The translations under genes were made by a program, and so were the position numbers. 64,000 nucleotides of DNA from an uncultured Desulfovibrio sp. (GTDB lineage: Bacteria > Desulfobacterota > Desulfovibrionia > Desulfovibrionales > Desulfovibrionaceae): contig CALUWU010000038.1 in the NCBI GenBank assembly GCA_944324555.1, forward strand, positions 171 to 64,170. Reading direction: 5' to 3'. Shown piece by piece: positions 1 through 8,803 of this stretch; the stretch's first letter is position 1; each line of letters starts with the position of its first letter. The notes under the pieces were generated by a model, which did no database searches, had not been told where the DNA came from, and worked only from the letters and a program-made list of their open reading frames with translations.

Positions 1-37
1 TGTTCTTTGAGGCGAAGGCCTCGCGGGGCGAGGGGGG

Positions 38-76
38 TGCAGGGGGGAGAGGGGCGCCGCCCCTCGTCCCCCTGCC
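38..76. repeat. Imperfect G/C-rich REP-like hairpin
   Basis: gcaggggggagaggggc-gcc-gcccctcgtccccctgc; same style as the hairpins at 26720 and 26919. Confidence 0.45.
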
Positions 77-115
77 GCGCGGGCCGGATGCGGAAAGCGC
101 GCGGGAAGCGACTTT

Positions 116-133
116 GTAACAAGATGTTATACT
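116..133 (+). promoter_or_regulatory. Putative extended -10 promoter of the T1SS operon
   Basis: TGtTATACT at 125-133 in an AT-rich patch, overlapped by a TAACA-N3-TGTTA inverted repeat; no good -35. Confidence 0.4.
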
Positions 134-280
134 CATATTTATAGACATAAAAAACCAAAGCTCTGGACAAGCTCAACAGAGGTGCTTATATTTGCCCCGG
201 ATCGCCGAAGCCCATAAGCGTTCTTTTATCACGTGCGCCTTGCGAAGGGGCTTCCGCTTCACCTCTTTCCCGGACGTCAC

Positions 281-2026
281 ATGCAAGAATTTCTCAGATC
301 CTGCCGGTATTATTTCGGCTATGCCTTCTTCTTCAGCATGTTCGTGAATATCCTGCAGCTCACCTTTTCCATCTACATGCTGCAGGTGTACGACAAGGTT
401 CTGACGAGCTATAACCTCTCCACGCTGGCCGTGATCACGCTGGCCGCCGTTATCTGTCTGATTGTGCTGGCGCTGCTGGAGTGGATACGCTCGCGCCTGC
501 TGATTCGGGCGGGCATCGCCTTCGACGCCGCCCTCGGCGACAAGGTTCTGGACCTCAATCTGCGGAACATGGCCGCCGCCACGGCCGGCAGCCCGCCGCA
601 ACAGGGCACGCTGCGCGACGTGCAGACCCTTCGTAACTTTCTCGGCGGCAGCGCGGTGTTCGCCTTCTGCGACTTCCCGTGGATGCCCATCTACTTCGCC
701 CTGATCTATATTCTGCATCCGGCGCTGGCGCTGGTCGCCATCGGCGGCGGCCTGATGGTCTTCGTGCTGGGCGTGATGACGGAACGGCTGACCAAGACGC
801 GGCTGGAAAACGCCACCAGGCTGAACAGCCTGTCGTCGGAGTTTACCGGCGCGGCCCTGCGTAACGCTCCTATTGTTCAGTCCATGGGCATGGTGGGCAA
901 CGTGACCTCCCGCTGGCGCAAGATCAACGACGATATCATCACGTTGCAGACGCGCGCCAGTCATAGCGCGGGCCTGCTGCGCTCGGTCAGCAAATCCTTG
1001 CGCGTGGGCCTGCAGGTGCTTATCTACGCCGTGGGCGCCTATCTGACGGTCATGCACGAAAGCACGGCGGGCGTCATGATCGCCGCCTCCATCGTCATGG
1101 GCCGCGCCCTGTCGCCCATCGATCAGGCCATGGCCACCTACAAGCAGTCGCTGGAGGCGCGCGCCTCCTACAACAGCCTGAAAAAGCTGCTGGACAATCC
1201 GCCGTCCATGCCGCAGATGGAACTGCCGCCCCCGCGCGGCGAACTCTCGACGGAAAATCTCTATCTGGCCGTCAACGGCCGTCCCTTGATCAAGGGCATT
1301 TCCTTCCGGCTGCCCGCCGGACAGTCGGTCGCCGTCATCGGCCCCAGCGCCGCGGGCAAGTCCACCCTCTGCAAGCTGCTGCTCAATATCTGGCAGGCCA
1401 CCTCGGGAAAGGTCCGTATCGACGGCGCCGATATCCGTACCTGGGATTCGGAAAAGCTCGGCCCCTACGTGGGCTTCCTGCCGCAGGATGTGGAGCTGTT
1501 TGCGGGAACCGTTGCGGAAAATATCGCCCGGATGGGCGATGTGGAGAGTCAGAAGGTCATTACCGCCGCCCAGATGGCGGGCGTCCATGAAATGATCCTG
1601 CAGCTGCCCAAGGGCTACGACACCCAGATCGGCCAGCACGGTAGCGCCCTTTCCGGCGGCCAGCGCCAGCGGATCGGCCTTGCCCGCGCCCTGTACGGCA
1701 TGCCCAAGCTCGTCGTTCTGGACGAACCCAACTCCAATCTTGACGAGGACGGCGAACGCCATCTGGCGCAGGCCATCCTGAACCTGAAGCAGATCGGCAG
1801 CACCGTTGTGCTGGTGACGCACAAGCCCAGCATCCTCTCCATCGTGGACAATATCATCTATATGCAGGACGGACAGATCGCCCTGTCCGGCCCGCGTCAG
1901 GCCGTACTGGACAAACTGGCGGAAATGCGCCGCCAGCAGCAGGAACAGGCCGAACAGGCCCGCCTGCAGCGCGAGGAGCTGGCCCGCCGCCAGCAGGCCG
2001 CCCTGCAGAAAGGAGAGAAAAAGTAA
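281..2026 (+). CDS. prtD: Type I secretion system ABC permease/ATPase (PrtD/AprD/RsaD family)
   Basis: N-terminal IYMLQVYDKVLTS motif, TM domain, Walker A GPSAAGKS, signature LSGGQRQR, LDEPNSNLD; start placed at ATG 281. Confidence 0.92.
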   Translation: MQEFLRSCRYYFGYAFFFSMFVNILQLTFSIYMLQVYDKVLTSYNLSTLAVITLAAVICLIVLALLEWIRSRLLIRAGIAFDAALGDKVLDLNLRNMAAATAGSPPQQGTLRDVQTLRNFLGGSAVFAFCDFPWMPIYFALIYILHPALALVAIGGGLMVFVLGVMTERLTKTRLENATRLNSLSSEFTGAALRNAPIVQSMGMVGNVTSRWRKINDDIITLQTRASHSAGLLRSVSKSLRVGLQVLIYAVGAYLTVMHESTAGVMIAASIVMGRALSPIDQAMATYKQSLEARASYNSLKKLLDNPPSMPQMELPPPRGELSTENLYLAVNGRPLIKGISFRLPAGQSVAVIGPSAAGKSTLCKLLLNIWQATSGKVRIDGADIRTWDSEKLGPYVGFLPQDVELFAGTVAENIARMGDVESQKVITAAQMAGVHEMILQLPKGYDTQIGQHGSALSGGQRQRIGLARALYGMPKLVVLDEPNSNLDEDGERHLAQAILNLKQIGSTVVLVTHKPSILSIVDNIIYMQDGQIALSGPRQAVLDKLAEMRRQQQEQAEQARLQREELARRQQAALQKGEKK

Positions 2027-3520
2027 ATGGCCGACAAGAATACAAATATGCCCAAAAAGCCCGACGATCTGCCCATTCCCGGCGATCAGCACGACAAGGG
2101 CGCTCCCGCCCGGGAGGAAGACGGCCCGCTGGTGGATACGACCGCCCGCGTGCTCGCCCGTATCCGCCCCCTGAAAATGCTGCTGCCCGGCGCCGCGCCG
2201 GACGACGGCAAGACCTCCTCCGCGCCCGGCGGCCCCATCGAAGACCCCCGCCGTATCGTGCGGCAGGGCCTGACCATTCTCTTTCTTTTCTTTGGCGTGC
2301 TCGGCGTCTGGGCCTTTTTTGGCGAAATCAGCGGGGCCGTGGTCGGGCCCGGCACCATCAAGGTTGAAACGGAACGCAAGACCGTCCAGCACCTCGAAGG
2401 CGGCATTGTCGAATCCATCCTTGTGAAGGAAGGCGACGAGGTAAAGGAAGGGCAGGTGCTCATTGAGCTGACCTCCGTACAGGTGGACGCCTCGGAAAGC
2501 ATGCTCCGCAAGGAGCTGGTCGCCAAGGGCGCCGCGCTCATGCGCGCGCGCGTTGAAAAGGAATTCGGCGAGGAGCTTCAGTGGTCGCCGGAACTGACGG
2601 ACCTTGCCGAGCGCGTGAACAGCCTCGACGTGCTCCGTAACGAGGAAAAGATTTTCCAGGCGCGCAAGGAGGCGCTGCGCGGACAGATCTCCCTGCTGGA
2701 AAGCCAGCTTGCCCAGCTTGCGGCCCAGATCAACGGTTTTGAGGATCAGCTGAAGGCGGAAAGCACCATCGTGCGGACCCTTGAAGAGGAACTTGCCGCC
2801 AAGCGCCAGCTTTACAAAGAACGCTATCTGGAAAAGTCGCAGATTCTTGAACTGGAACGCAACCTTGCCACCCACAAGGGCGAGCGGGGCCGCCTGCGGC
2901 AGACCATCGCCGAAACAAAGCAGCGCAGCGACGAGCTGCGTCTCCGCATCGCCGACACGCGCAACCGCTTCGTTGAGGAGGCCACAAAGAGCGCGGGCGA
3001 TCTTGAAAACGAAATCATTCAGATTCGCGAACGTCTCCGCCCCCTGCGCGACGCCCAGCAGCGCCTCCAGGTAACCGCGCCCGTCAGCGGCAAGGTCGTG
3101 GATCTCAAGGTGCATTCGCGCGGCGGCGTGGTTCGCGCCGGAGACCCCCTGATGGATATCGTGCCCCACGACACGCCGCTGATTGTGGAAACGCACGTAC
3201 CCATCAACAAGATTACCGAAGTCTATGTGGGACAGGATGCTCTTGTGCAGCTCGACGCCTTCGATACCCGCATCATTCCCCACATGCCGGCAAAGGTCGT
3301 CTACATTTCGGCGGACCGCCTCGAAGACAAGACCTCTTCCGGCTCCACTCCCTATTACCTCTGCCATGTGGTCATAGATCCGGAACCGCTCAAGGAAGCC
3401 AATCTGTATCTCTCGCCCGGCATGCCCGCCACGGTCTTCATCACGACAAAGAAGCGCACCGTGATGTATTATATTCTGGAACCGCTTATCAAGAACTGGG
3501 ATCGCGCCCTGCGTGAATGA
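2027..3520 (+). CDS. prtE: HlyD-family type I secretion membrane fusion protein (PrtE-like)
   Basis: Single TM helix, VQHLEGGIV motif, long coiled coil, APVSGKV, LSPGMPATVFI; abuts prtD. Confidence 0.92.
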   Translation: MADKNTNMPKKPDDLPIPGDQHDKGAPAREEDGPLVDTTARVLARIRPLKMLLPGAAPDDGKTSSAPGGPIEDPRRIVRQGLTILFLFFGVLGVWAFFGEISGAVVGPGTIKVETERKTVQHLEGGIVESILVKEGDEVKEGQVLIELTSVQVDASESMLRKELVAKGAALMRARVEKEFGEELQWSPELTDLAERVNSLDVLRNEEKIFQARKEALRGQISLLESQLAQLAAQINGFEDQLKAESTIVRTLEEELAAKRQLYKERYLEKSQILELERNLATHKGERGRLRQTIAETKQRSDELRLRIADTRNRFVEEATKSAGDLENEIIQIRERLRPLRDAQQRLQVTAPVSGKVVDLKVHSRGGVVRAGDPLMDIVPHDTPLIVETHVPINKITEVYVGQDALVQLDAFDTRIIPHMPAKVVYISADRLEDKTSSGSTPYYLCHVVIDPEPLKEANLYLSPGMPATVFITTKKRTVMYYILEPLIKNWDRALRE

Positions 3521-4553
3521 TCTCTCTCGCCTGTGGCGACCGCTTCCGGCGTTGCTGTGTCTTTGCCTGACGGCGGTCGTCCTTCTTTCCTCCCCGGTCG
3601 CGGGCGCTCCCCGCTTTGAGCGCCTGCGACCGGGGCAGTGCTTCGCCGCGCGGCTGGACGTCGGGGATCTGCATTACGCCGCCGTTCTCCGGCTTCTGCC
3701 GCGCAACTTCTTTGAACTTTCCGAAAGTTTCGCCTACCGGAAAAATCCGCCCCTGCGGCGCGGCTCCAGCGGCCTGTGGTTTCAGCTGCGCGGCGGCGCT
3801 CTGCTCCGGCTCTGGAATCGCTACGGCCTTTCCCGGCCGCTCAATGTCGGCGCGGCCGCGGCGCTTTATGCGGACATGCCCCTGCCCGGACAGAACGGCT
3901 CCCTTTCCGTCGTCTTTCGCCCGGCGGAAGACGACGGCGCCCCGTTGCGCCTCATGGGCGCCTTGAGGCAGTCTTCCGACGGGCCCGTTTTTGACGAAAG
4001 CGCCTCCGGGCTTGCCTTTCCCCTGCGCGGGCCGCTGCCGGAAGAGCTGCGCGGGCGTCCGCTGCCGCTCTTCCTTGAACTGGACGCCCGCCTTTCCGGG
4101 CGCGATCTCGTCATGGAAAAGGTCCGGGCCGTCAGCGCGCGGCTGCCTTCCGGTCTGAACGATCCCCCGCAGGCGCCGGCGACGGCGGCCGCCGGCGCCC
4201 CCTGGTTGCTGGAACTGCCCGACGGCGCGCTGCTGACGGCGTCCTTTGCTCTTGACGCCGCCCCTGCTTCCGGGGAGGGGGCCGGCCCGGAAGAAGGGGC
4301 GGCCGAACTCGCCGGGCGGCTTGACCTTGCGGGGCGGGGACTGTATCTGTCCATTCCGTTGAACGTCTCCGGCGGGCGGCTGCGCCTGCTCCCATCTGAA
4401 GACGATCGCGCCATGCTGCGCTCTCTTGGCGAGGAGGCGCTGCTCGCGCTTGTTGACGCGGCGCGCGGCTGGCGCTTGCACGGCGACATGCTGGCGCTTT
4501 ACGACGCCGGCGACGCCTTGCTTGCGACGCTGGAGCGCCGCGCCGCGCGCTAG
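3513..4553 (+). CDS. Exported protein, probable degenerate NlpE-like plus META(HslJ)-like domains
   Basis: Signal-peptide-like N-terminus; LMGALRQSSDGPVFDESASGLAFPL resembles the NlpE C-terminal OB fold; WRLHGDMLALYDAGDALLATL resembles a META C-terminus; overlaps the prtE stop. Confidence 0.5.
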   Translation: MNDLSRLWRPLPALLCLCLTAVVLLSSPVAGAPRFERLRPGQCFAARLDVGDLHYAAVLRLLPRNFFELSESFAYRKNPPLRRGSSGLWFQLRGGALLRLWNRYGLSRPLNVGAAAALYADMPLPGQNGSLSVVFRPAEDDGAPLRLMGALRQSSDGPVFDESASGLAFPLRGPLPEELRGRPLPLFLELDARLSGRDLVMEKVRAVSARLPSGLNDPPQAPATAAAGAPWLLELPDGALLTASFALDAAPASGEGAGPEEGAAELAGRLDLAGRGLYLSIPLNVSGGRLRLLPSEDDRAMLRSLGEEALLALVDAARGWRLHGDMLALYDAGDALLATLERRAAR

Positions 4554-4615
4554 GGCCCGTTAACACTAAATATCGTTCTTCCCCCTCAAAAAAACGTAAC
4601 GAGTCCTGAACCTGG
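4550..4615 (-). repeat. Short dispersed element; 4576-4615 is an inverted copy of 26412-26451
   Basis: Reverse complement ccaggttcaggactcgttacgtttttttgagggggaagaa matches 26412-26451 at 38/40; the segment begins at the CTAG stop of the upstream gene. Confidence 0.75.
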
Positions 4616-4756
4616 AGCCTTTTCCGGGGCCGCCCGCTTTCGGAGCTCCGGCTCCCGGTTCCCCCGTCCCGCACGCCGGGCAAACTCTCAACGTCGCTCC
4701 GCTCCCGACGGGAAGACGAGGCGCGGCCCGTTCCGGGCCGCCGCGCGGAAACAGGA

Positions 4757-5926
4757 ATGAATTCTGCCCCGAAACAACGAGAAAGAACCATAGGTTTTGA
4801 TATCCTGCGCGGCGTCGGCACGCTGGTGGTGGTGATCGCGCACGTGCTGCTGTTTGTGCCGCAGGAGCTTCCCCTCCAGATACCCGGCCTGACATGGCGG
4901 GTCGTCTATGTCGGCAATTTCCTGCTGGAATGCTTCTTTGCCATGAGCGGCTATCTTATTGGCGGGCCCTTGCTGCATTACAGGGAGTTCAACCGCGTTT
5001 CGCTGTATAATTACGGCGTCGATCGGGCCACAAGAATCCTTCCCTGCTACTACGTCGTCTTTGCCGCGACCAGCGTCGTCGGCTTTGTCTTCCTCGGGGA
5101 CTGGACGTTTCATTACGCCTATCTGCTGTTTATCCAGTGCTATGCGGACAGCCTCTACTTCATAGGCGTCGCCTGGACCCTTTCCGTCGAAGTCGCGTCC
5201 TACATCCTGCTGCCGGCGTTCATCTGGCTTTTCCGGTTCAGGATACGGGTTTTTGAAAAGACCTCCGTCAATATCATCTTCTTCTGCCTGGTCGTCATTG
5301 CCCTGGAGACGGCGGCGCGGGGGCTGACGGCCTGGCTGCATCCCGGGCTGCATATGGACGACGAGCTGCGCAAGCAGGTGCATCTGCGGATGGACGCGCT
5401 TCTCTACGGTCTGATGATCGCATGCCTGAAAGATGCCTGCGGCGCGCTGTACAGGAAGCTGGAGTCGGGCGCCTTCCTTGTCGCGGCCCTGATTGCCCTT
5501 GTCGCGCTTGTCGAATGGCAGCAGGGCGATTATTTTATTCGAAACCTTCCCGGGGAAGGACGCAAGACCCTGCATGCGCTGATCGACTTTACGGCTTCAG
5601 GTTTTCTGGCGGCCGCCGTGCTGCCGTTCTGCGCCAGAATATCGTGGGAAATGTTTCCGCGCGAGCCGGTGCGGCGCGCGTTTGAATTTTTCGTCTATAC
5701 GGCGCGCATATCCTATTCTCTCTATCTTGTGCACTTTCCCCTGATTCAGATTTTCGTCTGGTTCTACAAGCGCACGGCGCCGGAAAATCCGCTCGTCGGG
5801 AGCGTCTATCTTCTGTTGCTGATGCCGTGCTGCGTCTATGCGTGCTTTCGTATTGCCGACTGGCTTTACGCCCGCGTCGAGGCGCCGGGAATGAGGTTGA
5901 GAAAGCGTTTCAAGATTGCGTCCTGA
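4757..5926 (+). CDS. Acyltransferase-3 family membrane O-acetyltransferase (OafA-like)
   Basis: GFDILRG, FFAMSGYLI, RATRILPCYY, AWTLSVE, ISYSLYLVHFP motifs; multiple TM helices. Confidence 0.88.
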   Translation: MNSAPKQRERTIGFDILRGVGTLVVVIAHVLLFVPQELPLQIPGLTWRVVYVGNFLLECFFAMSGYLIGGPLLHYREFNRVSLYNYGVDRATRILPCYYVVFAATSVVGFVFLGDWTFHYAYLLFIQCYADSLYFIGVAWTLSVEVASYILLPAFIWLFRFRIRVFEKTSVNIIFFCLVVIALETAARGLTAWLHPGLHMDDELRKQVHLRMDALLYGLMIACLKDACGALYRKLESGAFLVAALIALVALVEWQQGDYFIRNLPGEGRKTLHALIDFTASGFLAAAVLPFCARISWEMFPREPVRRAFEFFVYTARISYSLYLVHFPLIQIFVWFYKRTAPENPLVGSVYLLLLMPCCVYACFRIADWLYARVEAPGMRLRKRFKIAS

Positions 5927-5992
5927 CGCGCCTTCTCTCTGGCATGTTCACCACGGCAGCCCGCTGCCGCAACTCCACAAGGATGACGAGTC

Positions 5993-7048
5993 ATGCAACA
6001 TAGCGACGCGCTTCTGCAATTCATGTCTCGATATGTCGATTATTCCTATACGGGGCCCCATGATTTCGAGCGCCCGGAATCCTTGCCCTGGGTCGGTCAC
6101 ATGGCCTTTGCCGACATGCTGGTAAGGGCGTATCGTCCCGAGCTTCTGGTCGAGCTTGGCGCCTATACGGGCGTTTCCTTCTTCTCTTTCTGCAACGCGG
6201 TGCGGCAGGCATGGCTCCATACGAGCTGCTGTGCCGTCGATACCTGGAAAGGGGAGCATCACGCCGGATATTACGGCGAAGAAGTCTTCGCCGCCGTCGA
6301 AAGGCATACCGAAAGGAATTATGCCGAGTTCGCCCGTCTTCTGCGAATGACCTTCGACGAGGCCGTGGATCGGTTCGAGGACGGGAGCGTCGATATCCTG
6401 CATATCGACGGCCTTCATACGTATGAAGCCGTGCGCCATGATTTTGATACCTGGCTGCCGAAGGTCAGACCCGGCGGCATCGTGCTCTTTCATGACGTCG
6501 TTGAACAGCACGACGATTTCGGCGTGTGGAAACTCTGGGATGAAATTGAATCCCTGACCCCGGAAAGCTGCTGCTTCCGGCATTCGCACGGGCTGGGGGT
6601 ATGGCGAAAGCCCGGGGGACCGGAGCTGGAGCATCCCTTTCTGCGCGCCCTTTTCGACAGGCCCGAAGGCTTTGAGGCCGTCGCCGCCTTTGTGCGGGCC
6701 GTGGCCGAACGGCAGGAATTGCAGCGCCGCGCGCACGCTCTTGAAAGGCTGGCGGAGGAACGACAGGAGCAAATCAACGCCTGCCAGGCGGAGAGCGAGG
6801 CGCGGCAGGCCGTCATTGACGACTGCAACGCCCGGCTTGAGCAGCGCGCCGAGGAGCTGCGGGCCGCAAGAGACGAAATGTGCGAACGCGACGCGGCGCA
6901 TCAGCGGGAAATCGACGCCCTGCGCTGCGAAAAGGCCAGGGTTGAGGAAGCGTACGACAGGATTCTCCGCTCCCGTTCCTGGCTTGTGACGCGCCCCCTG
7001 CGCTTCGCGGCCGAATGGATCAGGAAGCGCAGGGCCGGTTCCCGCTGA
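5993..7048 (+). CDS. Class I SAM methyltransferase (Methyltransf_24-like) with C-terminal coiled coil
   Basis: VELGAYTGVS, AVDTW, DILHIDGLHTYEAV, PGGIVLFHD; E/R/A-rich heptads followed by RSRSWLVTRPLR. Confidence 0.85.
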   Translation: MQHSDALLQFMSRYVDYSYTGPHDFERPESLPWVGHMAFADMLVRAYRPELLVELGAYTGVSFFSFCNAVRQAWLHTSCCAVDTWKGEHHAGYYGEEVFAAVERHTERNYAEFARLLRMTFDEAVDRFEDGSVDILHIDGLHTYEAVRHDFDTWLPKVRPGGIVLFHDVVEQHDDFGVWKLWDEIESLTPESCCFRHSHGLGVWRKPGGPELEHPFLRALFDRPEGFEAVAAFVRAVAERQELQRRAHALERLAEERQEQINACQAESEARQAVIDDCNARLEQRAEELRAARDEMCERDAAHQREIDALRCEKARVEEAYDRILRSRSWLVTRPLRFAAEWIRKRRAGSR

Positions 7049-7271
7049 TCAGGGGCGGGGCCGGAAGGGCGGGGCGGCGGAAGCGGCCCCGACGCCCTCC
7101 GGCGTCGCGGGGCTTGCCTTTCCAGACCTGAAAGGGGAAAATTCCGTCTTCCTGACGAACGGCCGCCGGACGCGCGGGCGAGCTGGCGGAAGGCGCTTGC
7201 GGGGGACGTCTCTTTTCCGAAGGAAAAACGGCCGCCGTTCGTGAATCCGATATCTAACAAGGAGCTGCCGG

Positions 7272-8582
7272 ATGAAACGGTTGATGATGCTGGCCTGCGT
7301 GATTCTGGGAATGCAGGCGGGGGTTGCGCTGGGGGCGTCGTTCACGATGTCGCAGGCTGTGGAACGCGCGCTTGAGGCCAATCCCACGGTAGAGTCGAAA
7401 ATGCTGACGCTGGAGCAGGCGCGCATGAACGTGGGCGTGGCGCAGAGCTATTTCTGGCCGCGCGTGTCCGTCATGTCCGGGTATACGAACATGCAGAACA
7501 ACAGGGACATGCCCGCCTACAGCTCCGACGACATGAGCAGCAAGACATGGACGCAGACCTTTCGCGTCTCCTGGTCCGTGTTCGCGGGGTTCGCGCACCT
7601 GAACAACCTGCAGAAATCCCTGTTGCAGGTGGATGTGGAAGCGGCCCGCCACCGTCTTGCCCGTCTGGAGCTGGTTTCCAACGTGCAGATTCAGTTCCTG
7701 ACCCTGCTGCAGGCGCGGGAAAAGCTGCGGACGGCCAACGATTCCGTTGCGCGCATCAAGAAGCAGCTGGAAGCGGCGGAAGCCTTCGTGAAGGTGGACA
7801 TGGCTCCCTATGCCAACGTATTGCAGAACAAGGTCGAGCTGTCGCGCGCCGAACAGGAAGTCATTCGCTGCAAGAATGAAATTCGCAACGCCGAAGTGCA
7901 GCTTAACCGCTATCTGGGCTTTCTGCCCGCCGATCGCGTGGATTACAAGGGCCGCCTGCAGGATTTCAGCGGCTCGCCCGTCAAGCTGACGGAAGAGCAG
8001 TCCATCAAGACGGCCCTGTTCAGCCGGCCGGATCTGATCATCGCCCAGAAGAGCGTGGCCGTGGCCTTCAAGGATCTTCACGCCCGCATGGGGCAGTACC
8101 TGCCGCGCGTGGATATTACCTACGACAACGCGCGTTACAGCAGGGATTACGACGACCGCCGCTATCAGGACTACAGCCGCAGCTACTGGTCCATCGGTTT
8201 CAATTTCTCGTGGGAGCTGTTCGGCGGCGGGGAAACGACCTTTGGCGCCCTGGGCGATCGCAAGCGCGCCAAGGCTCTGCAAAAGGATTATGAAGACGCC
8301 ATGGCCAGCGCCAGAGCCGACGTGATCCGCGCCATGCTGGACATGGACGCCGCCCGCGAACTCATTACCACGTCCCGTTACGGAGTGGAGGCCGCCCGCG
8401 AAAATTACGGCATGGCGCAGACGCGCTACATGACCAGCATCGGCACCATCACCGATCTTGTGGACGCCCAGACGCGCCTGACCGAGGCCGAGCGCGACGC
8501 AAGTCAGGCGCTGACCGACTATCAGGTCGCCCGCGTGCGCTTCTTCTATAATATCGGACAGGAAAATATCGGGTTGCAGTAA
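7272..8582 (+). CDS. tolC: TolC-family outer membrane protein
   Basis: Signal peptide, two OEP repeats (ALEANP...PRVS; SRPDL...YLPRV), G-TITDLVDAQ; SD aaggag. Confidence 0.88.
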   Translation: MKRLMMLACVILGMQAGVALGASFTMSQAVERALEANPTVESKMLTLEQARMNVGVAQSYFWPRVSVMSGYTNMQNNRDMPAYSSDDMSSKTWTQTFRVSWSVFAGFAHLNNLQKSLLQVDVEAARHRLARLELVSNVQIQFLTLLQAREKLRTANDSVARIKKQLEAAEAFVKVDMAPYANVLQNKVELSRAEQEVIRCKNEIRNAEVQLNRYLGFLPADRVDYKGRLQDFSGSPVKLTEEQSIKTALFSRPDLIIAQKSVAVAFKDLHARMGQYLPRVDITYDNARYSRDYDDRRYQDYSRSYWSIGFNFSWELFGGGETTFGALGDRKRAKALQKDYEDAMASARADVIRAMLDMDAARELITTSRYGVEAARENYGMAQTRYMTSIGTITDLVDAQTRLTEAERDASQALTDYQVARVRFFYNIGQENIGLQ

Positions 8583-8678
8583 GAGCGAACGCTCCGGCGA
8601 CCTGTCGCCGTCAAGCCGCGCGCCGGCGCGCGGATTCCTGCGCATCGCGCGGGATCATCCGCCCGCGCCTGTGCGCGG

Positions 8679-8708
8679 CTTGACGTTGTTTATTAGTCAA
8701 GATATACT
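8679..8708 (+). promoter_or_regulatory. Sigma70-type promoter of the glycan synthesis/export operon
   Basis: TTGACG(8680-8685)-17 nt-TATACT(8703-8708); CTTGAC-N11-GTCAAG inverted repeat over the -35. Confidence 0.7.
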
Positions 8709-8803
8709 AAAATGCTTCCGCATGCGCCAGAATACCGGGCCGCGGAAATCCTTCTTTTCCGCCGCGCCGCCGCGCGGCGTTCAAATTCCCTCCCGGAGTC
8801 CCT

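Noticed and set aside
173..3367. 1064-aa minus-strand ORF
   Set aside because: Antisense shadow of prtD/prtE caused by high-GC codon bias; no motifs
4676..4725. GGGCAAAC resembling the start of a c-di-GMP-I riboswitch
   Set aside because: Lacks the GAAA tetraloop stem and the following GACGCAAA element
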